The translations under genes were made by a program, and so were the position numbers. Of a stretch of 64,000 nucleotides of DNA, positions 1 to 12,380 are shown piece by piece. The notes under the pieces were generated by a model that did not search any database, was not told where the DNA came from, and saw only the letters and a list, made by a program, of their open reading frames with translations. How positions within the stretch are numbered: position 1 is the stretch's first letter; every line of letters starts with the position of its first letter. The DNA is from Lama glama (taxonomy: Eukaryota), in the NCBI GenBank assembly GCA_028534125.1, contig CM052817.1, positions 76,386,001 through 76,450,000 on the forward strand, read 5' to 3'.

Positions 1-3000
1 AAGGCATATCTTTTACCCGCTGCAATTGTTGCCACCATTGCTGAAAAAATATATCCTGCAAGATCCTATTTGGCCCACAATAGTGTCATGACACCAATAT
101 TTCAGATTATTCTTTTGTTTTTGTCACAATTCCCAATTTCTGAATCAGTATGTCTCTTTCATAACAAGCTAGGAAATAATACATATACTTGAGTTACTTT
201 CCCCAAAAGAAATGTCTCAAATAATGTATAGTCTCAGAGGGAAATATTAAATTCCTGGTAACCATGTGCATTGACTTAAGTATAGTTTTATTCCTGTCAA
301 AGTAATAAACAAGTGTCTTTTACAGGTTGTTCTTGGGGCTATTAGTCTACAATTTATGACAACATGTAGAATAGATCAGAATGCACTAATTAAATCTGGG
401 ACAAAGAGTCTCACATTTATCATAAAAAAGCCAATCTTGTATAAAGTAACAAGATAAATAAGTCTATCAAAATTGGTATTTACAGTGGAAATATCATCAG
501 ATCCTAAAATAGACAATTACCACCAGAATCACAACATATCTGGTCCATCCCTTCTTTATAAATTCATTTAATGATTGGAAAATTTATTCTAGTGACAATA
601 AAATTGTTAAGTGCAGAGATTATTTGTCTGGGACTTCTTATTGAGCATTCCTGGTATTTTTTGAAACATTTTTAAGGATTTTTTTTGCCATTTTTATGGT
701 AATTTTTCAAAGTAGAAAACAGAAGGCAAATTTAAAAACAAAACAAAAATCTTCCCCAAACTAAAGGCATTCTAACTTGCATCATTACTTGAGTTCCTTT
801 TTTTGTAAATACTGTAACCACTGTGAAATAACAGCATTTGTATATGATCAGTCACAGTATTAGATATTTCATCTCTAGATGAAAGTTTACATATTATATT
901 TAGTAAAATTTGATTGTTAATATCCATTGAATGTAAAAGCCTAGAAACTTTGTGTTTAGCATTTGAAAATTTTGTTCATTTAACAAGTACGACAATGTTC
1001 TATGTTGATACATAGCTTTGACAGGTATACATTTCAATCTAGAAAAATATAAAGCATGAGGAAATTATGTAACAGATATACCAAATTATTTTTGTTTTTA
1101 AAAAGAACATACTAATTTTCAAAAATTAAAATACAAATGGTTTTACATTGTTTATAATCTATAATGGTTATGTTTTATTGTTTCTTTAAAATTAAAATGA
1201 TGCCTATATTAGTTAAGGTATATGCTTGAAATACTGTATGTTATATGACTACATGTACACATGACAGTCTCAAAGTTTGATAAATTGTTCCACTGGACTT
1301 GGGTAACCTAGGATTTGTCTCTAAAATATTATTATGATTTTTGATATAAATAATATTGAAAATTCTTTGTGACAAGGAATGGATGTTTCAGAAGATAACA
1401 TTTTCTCTTAAATACATTACTGAATCCTGATTACTTTATTAGAGTATTGCTAGAATACTGAATCTTTCCCTTCCCTTACAAAAAGTTGCTCTTTTACATT
1501 TATTGACTTTTGTCATTACTAATATTATCATTTGCTACTTACAGTGCTAAGTAAGAGCTCTTTAAATTTTTTTAAGAACGACATGAAGTTATTCAAGATG
1601 ATTGCAAAGTTTTTAAAAATTGTAAGTAAAGAAGCTCTTAATATTCATTTATAATTTTACTCTACGCCTTTTCTTTTTTTTTAAGGTATAGCTGGCTTCA
1701 GTAAAGGTATAACTGGTGCTGTTTAGCACTTTGAGCATTACTGGAGGTTTTGAAATTAAGCAAGCTGATTTATTTTCCCCATTTTGGGCTGGCTGAGAGC
1801 AATGATGTGGAAATGATATTCCTGGCCTAATCTAAAGCTGCTGTAAACAGTTGTTATGTATCACCTTGTCAGAGTTTCCTTCAGCAGGTATGTGATTCAG
1901 AGCTTGTAGCATGAATGTTCATTATGTATACATAAAAACACAAAGTGTGAAAAAAAGACTATCGAGATCATTGGAAACTTAAAAAATATTCTGACTACTT
2001 CTATATCACCTAATGTATTTCTTGGAATACTGCAAATGCCATGATTTGAAATTAAAAAAAAAAATACTTCCACTGCTACCATAAGCTGTCACAAATTTTT
2101 CTCTTAGGCTGCCTTACGTCTCCTGTTTGATGACTGTTCTGCAAAAAAGTATATGAAATCCTTAGATGTGTGAACTAGTTTACAAAGCATGATTTTAAAT
2201 ATCAATTTGATCACTCTTCAAGAAGGCATTTTGAGTGCACTATTAATATACGAATATATGAGGATGCACGATCAAAATCCTAAGAGATGAGATGCTTCTT
2301 CAACGTGAACTTGAGAAGTTGTTCTCACTGAAAGAGATAAAAGCAGCCCCCGACATCATCATCTTGAGTTAACATACGCCTCAGTCCCTAACCTCTACCC
2401 TGTGGAGATAAGCATGCTCTTGTTCTTCAACATCGTTAACTGGCTATGGACACTGGGTCAAGAGAGACGTTAGTAACCTACAGGTCTGATGATTTCTATG
2501 AGGTTAAACCAAACATCCAGATTGCTCATGTGTGTATAGGTAGAAAGATTTGATAATAAGATAGGTGCAAGGAAGAAAGCTATTGAAGAGCTTATTTTAA
2601 GTCTTAAATTGCTTGCTCATGTTTTGAGCCCCAAGTAGTTTCATCAGTGAGGAAATATCAGAGAAGTTGAGAAACTATTGCTTGCAACAGACAAAACTCA
2701 TAAACACCCTTGATTGACCAAAATGATTGGCCTGGGAAAGTTCTTCATGGCATGTAGTCTGTCCAGATTGCAGGTGAAAATTACAGCCTGAGATGTGTAA
2801 ATGTCTAAAACTTTTGAAAGATATCTATCACATTAGTAAGTTACTGACCATAACCAAAAGTTTGTAAAATGAAAAAGAATTTAAGATTGGTATAGGAGTG
2901 ATCCCGTCAATATGTAATTTGCAAGTTTTCCCCTTAATATTTTCAGAAACATCTTATGAGTTTAAGTGTAAAATGGGGAATCAGATCATTGTTCTCCTCT

Positions 3001-3665
3001 TGGGACCTCTTTGTTTTTGAACCACCTTATTTGTTTCTTTGTCTTTTGGCATAGTTCAATTCTTTCTGCAAAGCCTATTTGCTTACAACATCTATAGGTT
3101 TCTTTATCAAAAGGCTTCCTCCCCTGGTGTTTAAAGATTAGGTGTGGGCATCTAATTGTTTAATCTGAAAGCCACCAGTTTATTCTGTCTTATTCTGCTT
3201 TTGTTATGAGGCTCTGTCAAATGTTTAGAAAAAGTTGGAGATTTAGCAATGAGCAGTTTATGATTTCCATTTTTCTTACACACTTAAATTTCCTATTTCT
3301 TGGTTAACGATATTCACCAAATGTAAGGAAATAATTGTAGTCACATCTGTGTTAGGGTCTACTGTATAAAAGTGTTAAGGATCCTTTCTACAGTATGACA
3401 GAATTACCCATCTACTTATTTTCACAGGACTTTGTGGATAACCCTCCTTATGTTGTCCAGTCTTTCTAAAACCCCTGATTTCCTATGATATTTGGAGACA
3501 CAAGTTATTCTCAGATCTTAACCACTCTGCCTTTTTTTTCTTCCTATCTGAAGAGCCTACAAATATAGAAATAAATAAAGTAGATCTAGGATCCTTGGAT
3601 TTATTATAAATTCTGTAGTTTTCTATTTAACTTGTATGAGCTTTGGAAAAAATTTTTAATGACTC

Positions 3666-4077
3666 TGTATGGTCAGGCCACTCAAGATGGCTGTCCTCTT
3701 GCTCTTGGTACATCCCCTGCTCCACCAGTGCCTGCTTCACCTACACCTACTCACAAGACTAATCTTCCTACATACCTTTCCCAGGCCCAGCTGGTGGTTG
3801 TTCTTAGCAAAGGGATGGTGAGAGGCATGCCCCTCTGCTGGTTTTCCTGGTAACCAATGAGCCAACCTGAAGCTAATTCCCCCATCACTGCTAATCTCCT
3901 GCCCCAGGGAGCAAACACTGCCGCCATGTCTGCCACTACCTGCAGCACTCGGTGGGGAGTTGCTCCAGGACCCTGCTTCAGACAAGTAAGATTTCCCCAT
4001 CAATGAAACCATTGATGTCTCTGTTGCTGACTTTGGGCTCTTTCTTTGGTCTTGAAGCTGCTGGGTGCAGCCCAACA
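3666..4077 (+). mobile_element. Solo LTR, probably ERVL/class III type
   Basis: TG...CA termini (tgtatgg...cccaaca). 5-bp TSD with one mismatch: gactc 3661-3665 and ggctc 4078-4082. GC-richer than the flanks, with a CCAAT motif near 3854 and a degenerate polyA signal (aatgaa) near 4002. Strand is inferred from these motifs. Confidence 0.75.
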
Positions 4078-4609
4078 GGCTCTCAGATCAGGCCAAGATT
4101 AAGGCTTAAAATTCACTCTTATGGAGTCACTGTATTCTGAAAGGTTTTACTTTAAGAGGCAGTTGAGCTTCGAAAGATCCCCAGGAAGTAGAAGGGTCAG
4201 CACAGTGTCTATCTGACTAATGATTGTAATCTGATTGCTTCTCTTTGAGATGGCTATGATTTGCAGGAATTTTATTGTGTTCATTTCACTATTGTTTAAA
4301 TAAATTAGTGAATTTACTTCATTTCTTTTTCTTCAACAATTCTCATTTTAAAATATTACTAGAAATTTGAGGTAAAAACAGGAGGGATCAAATAATTTAA
4401 TTAATAAAAATCCAGGAATTTTTGAAAAATATTTTTAATACATATTTTAACATATAACTGCTTGTTTGTGAGCATTATGCAATGATGGTTATTTGTTGAA
4501 CAGTAATCACTTTAGTGCTTTTTAAGGGTCTCTCTACTCCTACCATTTCATATTTCTTGTGATATGATAAATAACTTTTTAAATAAATGGTTAACAAATA
4601 GCAAAAAAA

Positions 4610-4845
4610 AATTTTAATTGGGTGTCTACTCTGGATTTACCAATTCACTAAACACGCTGTGTGTATTATTTTAACTAACCCTTTTAGTAGCATGCTCCAG
4701 ACAATCTGAGGCTCATTTTATCAGTAAGGAAACAGGCTCAGAGGAGTAGTCAAGTGATTTTCTCAATGCTCCACAGTTTGTAAATGCTTGAACCAGAATT
4801 CAAACTATATATCCTACTTTATAACCTGGTTTCTCAATCACTTTA
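4610..4845 (-). mobile_element. MIR SINE, degenerate
   Basis: MIR core-like 'cattttatcagtaaggaaacaggctcagag...aagtgattttctcaa' followed by 'gaaccagaattcaaact'. Confidence 0.7.
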
Positions 4846-4919
4846 TTATATTGCCATTTTTCTATTCCTTTCGTATCACTAGTTTAGCTGTTCATCATTG
4901 TATTTGGTTACTTTTAGAA

Positions 4920-5118
4920 CAGTGCTGACCAACAACATTTTCTGCAATAATGGAAATAGTCTATATATACTCTTTCCAGTATGATAGCCATCAGCAGTTG
5001 ATGACTATTGGGCACTTGAAATATGACCATTTGAACTGAGACACTAAATTTTAAATTGTATTTAATTTTAATTAAATATAAATGGCCACATGTGGCTCTG
5101 TCTATCATATTGTCCAAT
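4920..5118 (+). mobile_element. MER3 hAT-Charlie non-autonomous DNA transposon
   Basis: Follows the recalled MER3 consensus: cagtgctgaccaacaacattttctgcaataatggaaat...gcacttgaaatatg...ggccacatgtggct. Confidence 0.8.
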
Positions 5119-5340
5119 TCTAAAATGTAAGTATACTGCCTTTCCTTAACACTGTTCTTGAAATAAAAATGAGACACATAATTAGTCAAATACAATTGTT
5201 AGAAGAATGCATGAAAATAAAAGAGGCTATTATACAGTAATTTTATTTGATGTTAATATAAGTTTCTCAAAACAAGTATAATGTTTTAAATAGCAATTTT
5301 GATTATTTATCTGCATTTCTGGAAGCTTGCAAGATACAGC

Positions 5341-5436
5341 CACAGATACAATACAGATATATATCTGTATCTGTATGTGTGTGTGTATATATTATATATA
5401 TATATACACACACACATATATATAAATATAGATATA
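5341..5436. repeat. Compound TA/TG/CA microsatellite
   Basis: Dinucleotide runs, including a perfect 20-bp palindrome atacagatatatatctgtat at 5351-5370. Confidence 0.85.
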
Positions 5437-6964
5437 GGTATATTCAATTTTTTGTCTTTTAAGATGTTTCCTCATTATTATCAAATTACTCATATAAATT
5501 AAAATTCAAACTAAAAAACTAATGGTCTTCATATTTGTACTGAATATTGTACTGAATAATGGGTTAATCACTGTGTATTTTTAAAATTTTAAAATTAACA
5601 TAATTGTCACTTCAATTTTTTTCTCCAAAGTCAAAATTCTACAAACCATAATTTCCTATATTTTTAGAATATTTTTTATTTCTTATAGTCATATATTAGC
5701 TTTAGTGTTTTACGAATTGAGTGTTCAGATATTTTAAATAAGTTCATTTACCGTATCATGGCTTCTTTTTTTTAATCCGCTAAATAGTAATGTTTAAAAA
5801 AAAGATAAAAGGGATTTGCTCAAATGGGAATTTTATTTGCAAATTCTAATTTTTCCTAACTCATAGTGTTAATTATAGCAACATCACTTTTATTATGAAG
5901 AATGTAGCTGCTTAGTAGCTCTGTAATGAGACATTTGTTTTATATAATAGATAAATTATTTATTTTATTCAAGGACTAAATCTTACTGGGCTTGGGAAAT
6001 TTAAAACTTAATGTAGTATGAATGCAGCATGATATTCAGATATAAACCTTCAATATTAAGAGGGAGTAGGGTCATGAAGAAGTTCTGAAACACCAGGCTT
6101 AAGTTGAAAGTATTAAAATGTTGGCAACTATAATAGTGATTTTCCTTTGTGAGGTGACAAATCTCCCTACCAACAAGCTACTTTATTCTCAGAAATTGTG
6201 ATTAGATAGCTAATTAACTCAGGCTGAAGTTAACAAGTTTTCAGATTAAATTAAATATTATTCAGTTTAGCGACAAAATAATGGACTTATCCAAATGAGC
6301 TAAGCAGCTATGAAAATCATAACAAATTCCAAGAAAAGAGAAATTAGCCTCTCCTTATCATGAGTATATGTGCTATACATGTAAGGATTGTAAATAAAGA
6401 AAACTGAATACGTATGTTTACTTTAAAATAACAAGTTTTTTTTTAGTAAATCACATATTGTAATGACTTCTCTCTTAAACTAGGGCAAATCATTTATATA
6501 TCCATGTGAAAATGTTTTAAAACCTCTAATTTAGAATTTCCTGAAAAATGATTATTTCATCATAGACAAAATCCAATGTCATTTTTGTAAAATTGTGTAC
6601 ATCTTACTACTACAGCAGTTTAGAAAGTAAAAAGTCAAGTTACAAACAGGAAAATTATTTTGTAATAAATACACTGACCAAGGTTTTAGGTAACCAGAAT
6701 AAATACTTCTACATATCAATGGGAAAAAAAGATAAAGAATCCATAAATAATTGGCAAAGATATGATGAGTCATCTCACAGTAAAGAAAAGTGTAAATGGA
6801 CTATAATCTTTGGAAAATAAAACAGTTGCTGAAGTGTGAACTAAGTGATAAAGAGAAGTTTTGTTATACCCATCAACCTAGAAAAAATACTCAAAAGTTG
6901 ATTTCATAAAAATCATTGATAAGATTGTAAAACAACAAAATTTCTTATATATTCATGGTCGGAG

Positions 6965-7815
6965 GATTACCAAGCATACTCCATGTTCCCTTTTAAACCT
7001 TTCTAGAGAATTTGCAGGGAACATGCTTGCTAAGACAACTACTATGAATTTTTGTAACATTTTTAAAGCAATTAACCACAGAGTATGTACTGTTTGACAT
7101 CATTCTTTACTGTGGGAGCCCATGATTGGGTTAACAAATTGTAACAGATCCCAGCCGCTTATCTCCTTAAAGAAGACATGCTTAGTAACTGCCTTGTGGT
7201 TTTAGCAATGATCCAGGCCCCCGGCTATAAACGCTATAAACGCTGGGCTTGCCTGTTGTTAGTCTTCTATCCCCAAAACAGCCTTGGGCTGGAATGGTAA
7301 GAAGCTGCAGACTGAGAGGTGAGAAGGCTGGTTAGCCAATGATGGGTAAGATCCCCTGAGGGGGGCAACCTAAGACAGGCACAGCTGCCTGAGTCCAAGT
7401 TGTTAAGCAGCTAATTCTTATACGTTTGGCCCTGATAAACCGAAAGGCTCAACACGAACATGATTCACCAAAAAGGATCTTCTGACCTTGAGCTAAACAC
7501 CAACAATAAACAAAGCCTTTGTACTCATTGTGATCCCACCCTGTCCTTCCCTAAATTCCTGCATTCCTCCTTTGACTGTACTCAGTAAATATGGGAGATT
7601 TGAGAGGCTCGTGAAGTTGGCTCCCGACTCTCTCTCTCTCTTGAGTTTTCCACAAGTCTTGAGTAGTTCATTCCGTCTCGGTGGGACTTCTGCCGGCCAG
7701 AACCCACACTTTACCTCACAATTCTTTTGCCTTTACCATAACTGTCCAGCTCTGGCACATCACAAATAAAATGTTCATTTGTAATCATTGCTCCAGGCTC
7801 CAGTTTCAAAAGAAG
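6965..7815 (+). mobile_element. Old ERVL-type LTR remnant (LTR16-like 3' end), split by a younger LTR
   Basis: 3' end 'aataaaatgttcatttgtaatcattgctccaggctccagtttc...gcctggctaaaata' resembles ERVL LTR16-type termini. Confidence 0.4.
7111..7708 (+). mobile_element. Solo LTR, ERV class II-like
   Basis: Inverted termini TGTGGG...CCCACA. Perfect 6-bp TSD ctttac at 7105-7110 and 7709-7714. CCAAT near 7336 and AATAAA at 7505-7510. Confidence 0.9.
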
Positions 7816-8469
7816 CCTGGCTAAAATAGCTAGTAAAGTTCAACATGAACATAACTTTAAGTCCCAGGAATTTCACTCATGAATAAAACCCCTGAAGAAT
7901 TCTTAAACAGGTGCTTTGGGAGGCAGTATAACATTATTCAAAGTAGCATTTCTTTTAATAATAACAAAAATTCTCTATAAAATCTACAATTAATAAGATC
8001 AGTGCTTAATAAAATCATCAGTGCATAATAAAAGCCACTCATACCTACATGAATATATTTAAAAGTTAAAATGCTGAATAAAAATATCATAGAAAAATTC
8101 ACAATTATTGCATTTATTATTCAAAATGAGATATAAGAAATAATAAATTGCTTAAGGATTTTTATACAGGTATTTTATTAACATAAAATACAAGATAATA
8201 TACCTTAGCAGGTGAAGAAAGGGGATGTGATTAAAGGATGAATAATGATTTATCAATAATATATTTCCAACCAGTTAGGGATTAAAACATTTTGCCTTCC
8301 ACACTCATTTTCAGAGAAAGATACTCAAAAAACTGATTTTATAAAATAAATAAAGATTAGAAATATTACAGATTAATATAACAAATCTATAAATATATAT
8401 TTGTTTTCCTTTCTTCGCTCAACTTCATTAATAGTTATAACATATAAATAAATTTTAAAATATATTTTT

Positions 8470-8790
8470 AGATTATAACATACATACATGTAATAATTCT
8501 ATCAAAAATAATACACAAAGAAGAAGGGGAAATAAAACTATATAGAAATAATTTTTTAATTTCTCATTGGAATTAAGTTAGTATAAATCTAAATAGGTTC
8601 TGATCAGTTAATATGTATTTGGTATGCCTTAGTGCAACTCCTTGGAAAATACAAAAAAAAGTGAAAGAAATCATTAAAGAAATTATCATACTTTAAAATA
8701 CTCACTTAATGGAAAAGAAAATGTTAGATACAATTAGATAAAAGAATAAATGAATTAAGAAGGCATAAAAAATCATACGTGTTTATATAT
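8470..8790 (+). mobile_element. Old L1 fragment (inter-ORF/ORF2 start region)
   Basis: 'ggaattaagttagtataaatctaaatag...atatgtatttggtatgccttagtgcaact' resembles L1M inter-ORF sequence. Confidence 0.5.
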
Positions 8791-8800
8791 CTATTAGAGG

Positions 8801-9441
8801 TGTTATAATAGAACCAAACGAGTCTGTTCACCTGTGAGCAGTAAAGCCAATTTACTGACACTGGTTTGTGGTGAAGGAAAGTATAGCTTTTATTGTAGGT
8901 GCCAGACAAGCAGTCTAGGGCACCTAATGGTAAAAAAAATTCTGTACTGCCTGATGGATTTCAGGCAAGCATTTTTAAAGGCAAGATGAGAGAGGGGAGT
9001 CACAGGGTATGTTATCAGCTTGCGCATAATTCTCTGACTGGCTGATGATGGGGTAACAAGGCAGTGTCACAAGGGTTAACATAATTAATCCTCTGGTTCT
9101 AGCCAATCTAGGGGCTACGTGCTCATAATCAACATGCAGTTAACTTCTTCCATTTGGTAGGGGTTTCAGTGTTATCTGTGTACCTCAGGGAGGAACTAAA
9201 GATTCTGTGACTGCCATAGGGTTTTTTTTTTTAATTGTTACCAGTTCTCCTGGCCCAACTGCTACTCTTGTTGCTTATATATTCACATCCTTTTAATCAT
9301 TAATTTTTGAGGCAGGCTTTTGTAACTCAGGGAAGGCCTGGGAGACTGCTGCTCTTCTATAAAAAAGAGGCAGGCAGAGGACATGCGGGGAAGGGATCTG
9401 TCTCTAAAAAGCCCCAAGGGGCAGGGCCCTGTTCAGTTACA
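8801..9441 (-). mobile_element. Solo LTR, ERV1/class I type
   Basis: Termini tgtta...ttaca. 4-bp TSD gagg at 8797-8800 and 9442-9445. AATAAA on the minus strand at 8889-8894. Confidence 0.88.
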
Positions 9442-9619
9442 GAGGCACTGTAGTAAACATAAAGCAAAAATTGATGGAAGTAAAGGGGAAGACAAATCAT
9501 ATTTGGAGATTATCAGTCTTCTATCCTCAAATGCTACACTGTTTTTCATTTAACAGTAAAAAATCCTGTTAGAGCTGTGTATTTTCTGTTTACACTTGTG
9601 CTCCTCCATTTGTACATTG

Positions 9620-10264
9620 GACCCACTTAACCAGTTTCTGTCTTTCTCATTCTACTGAAGCTATGCTTTTCAACATCACCATAGGGTTCCACATTACTTA
9701 ATCAAGTAGTCATTTCTTTGCCCTCATTCTTTTGTCCCATTTGCCATGTTAAACCCTGTTAATCGTTCTTTTCTTCTTGAAGTATTTTCTTAGTTTGACC
9801 CCCAACACTATTTAACTTTCTATCCTGTAACCTCACTGGCTACTTCTTCTCAATCCCCTTTGTTAGATTTCCAAATAAGAAAAATTCCGAGAAATCAGTC
9901 CTTAGTTCTTCCTTCTGCATCTCCAATACTGGTTGGATAGTTCCATCCAGTCCATGTCATTAAATGTCATCTCTTTTCTAAGCATTTCCAAAGTCATACA
10001 TACAGCTCAGACCTCTTCCTGACATTTATACTCATACACCTAACTTCCTGCTTGACTCCATTTAAATAATTAATAGCCATCTATTACTGAACTCTACCCT
10101 CCTCTTAAAAACAAAAACAAAAAATTCCCATTTCTAGATTGCTCTAATTACTGCAGTTTATAATTTCACAGGGCAACACCTTCATATTATTGTTGACTCC
10201 TCCATTTCTAACATCTTTCTCATTCACATCCATTAGTAAATCCAGTTTCAAATATGTTCTGATT
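9620..10264 (+). mobile_element. L2 LINE fragment (RT-derived region), continuing at ~11434-11740
   Basis: 'cattctactgaagctatgcttttcaacatcacca' is a decayed form of the L2/CR1 HSTETALxKVT motif. Pyrimidine-rich L2 body follows. Confidence 0.65.
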
Positions 10265-10276
10265 AGACCAGTTTCT

Positions 10277-11421
10277 TTTTTTTTAACATTTTTTATTGAT
10301 TTATAATTATTTTACAATGTTTGTCAAATTCCAGTGTTCAGCACAATTTTTCAGTCATTCATGGACGTATACAGACTCATTGTCACATTTTTTTCTCTGT
10401 GAGTTATCATAAGATTTTGTGTATATTTCCCTGTGCTATACAATGTAATCTTGTTTATCTATTCTACAATTTTGAAATCCCAGTCTATCCCTTCCCACCC
10501 TCTACCCGCCTAGTAACCACAAGTCTGTATTCTCTGTCCGTGTGTCTATTTCTGTCCTGTATTTATGCTTTCTTTTTGTTTGTTTGTTTGTTTTTGTTTT
10601 TGTTTTTTAGATTCCACATATGAGCGATCTCATATGGTATTTTTCTTTCTCTTTCTGGCTTACTTCACTTAGAATGACATTCTCTAGGAGCATCCATGTT
10701 GCTGCAAATGGCATTATGTTGTCAGTTTTTATGGCTGAGTAGTATTCCATTGTATAAATATACCACCTCTTCTTTATNNNNNNNNNNNNNNNNNNNNNNN
10801 NNNNNNNNNNNNNNNNNNNNNNNNNNNNNNNNNNNNNNNNNNNNNNNNNNNNNNNNNNNNNNNNNNNNNNNNNNNNNNNNNNNNNNNNNNNNNNNNNNNN
10901 NNNNNNNNNNNNNNNNNNNNNNNNNNNNNNNNNNNNNNNNNNNNNNNNNNNNNNNNNNNNNNNNNNNNNNNNNNNNNNNNNNNNNNNNNNNNNNNNNNNN
11001 NNNNNNNNNNNNNNNNNNNNNNNNNNNNNNNNNNNNNNNNNNNNNNNNNNNNNNNNNNNNNNNNNNNNNNNNNNNNNNNNNNNNNNNNNNNNNNNNNNNN
11101 NNNNNNNNNNNNNNNNNNNNNNNNNNNNNNNNNNNNNNNNNNNNNNNNNNNNNNNNNNNNNNNNNNNNNNNNNNNNNNNNNNNNNNNNNNNNNNNNNNNN
11201 NNNNNNNNNNNNNNNNNNNNNNNNNNNNNNNNNNNNNNNNNNNNNNNNNNNNNNNNNNNNNNNNNNNNNNNNNNNNNCTTTGTCAGTTTCACTTGCAAAA
11301 ATTTTCTCCCATTCCGTAGGTTTTCTTCGTGTTTTACTTCTGGTTTCCTTTGCTGTGCAGAAGCTTGTAAGTTTCATTAGGTCCCATTTGTTTATTCTTG
11401 CTTTTATTTCTTCTAGGAGAA
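10277..11421 (-). mobile_element. Young 5'-truncated L1 (ORF2 C-terminus, 3'UTR, polyA) containing a 500-N gap
   Basis: Translates to [11 protein letters not shown]...EWEKIFA and WYIYTMEYYSAIK...FAATWMLLENVILSEVSQKEK (L1 ORF2). T-tail from ~10277. Perfect 12-bp TSD agaccagtttct at 10265-10276 and 11422-11433. Confidence 0.95.
10778..11277. other. Assembly gap (500 N)
   Basis: Run of N inside the young L1. Confidence 1.
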
Positions 11422-12194
11422 AGACCAGTTTCTAGTCAGTTCATTACTTATCCCTGTCTATAACACCATCATCTTTAGCAGTTGTGTTTTTTTTCCCTTC
11501 ATCAGTTTTCTAATATGTTCCCTATTTCATTCTTCTCCCCAAGCCCAGTCTGGACTCCAAATTTAATGGGCCTTACTTCTTCATTATATGAAGCATCTTC
11601 CTGTCTCAGAATTTTTGCCACTACTTTGTTTTTAGTTTAAAATGCCATACGTCACTTACCTCCATGAATTCCTCTTGCCACCTTGCAAAAAATATTGCAT
11701 GCATCTCTTATCACTTTGTCTACTTTTCCTTAAAAACTTATCCTATAATTAAAAAGAAAATATAGTAACTTCTGTCTCTCATCAGTTATTGATATAAAAG
11801 TATTATGCTTTTAGGTAAAGAGCTGTTGAAATAGGTAGTCTTAGAAGTCTATGGGAGTAAAATATACATCAATATATAAAATATATTGGTTTTATTTTAT
11901 ATATAAATATGAAGTACAATATAAAATATAAACAAAATAAAATATAAATATAAAGAAAAGTTGACATTTAAAGAATTTTCATAAATTACATAATCTAGTA
12001 ATTATAACACAATTTGTTACTTAATAATGTCATGACCAAAATAGGCACTAGAATCAGTTTATCCTATGAGTAATTTACTCTACAAATAATGTAATAATTA
12101 CTTATTATTAACTGATAGACATTAATTACTTTGTTGTTATTAAGTCAGCAAATAAGCAAATTTACAAACATTGATTGTAGAACAAACCTAGTGG

Positions 12195-12380
12195 CTTCAT
12201 GCAGCATGGTTCAAGCTGTTGTTTCTGAATTCAGAAAACTTTGTTTTGAGTTTAGATTATATCATTTACTAAGAGAGTGTGTTTTCCACTTGCTACTTGG
12301 TAAAAAAATTAAAAGTTAATCTACTTCCTTCATAGAGTGGTTGTGAGACTTATTTTAATAACATAAGTAAAATGCAGTTT
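12195..12380 (+). mobile_element. MIR SINE, degenerate
   Basis: 3' part 'atctacttccttcatagagtggttgtgagact...taacataagtaaaatgc' matches the MIR tail. Confidence 0.55.

Larger units (their letters stand above)
6600..8300 (+). mobile_element. Ancient L1 (L1ME-like) ORF2 3' region and 3'UTR, interrupted at ~6965-7815
   Basis: A-rich degenerate ORF2-like sequence ('aattggcaaagatatgatgag', similar to the KWAKDMNR region). It resumes after the insert with 'cccaggaatttcactc', similar to the DPAIPLLG region. Confidence 0.55.

Noticed and set aside
10607..11377. Long ORFs spanning N runs (also 20004-20285 and 50000-50593)
   Set aside because: Their length is an artefact of X translation across assembly gaps.
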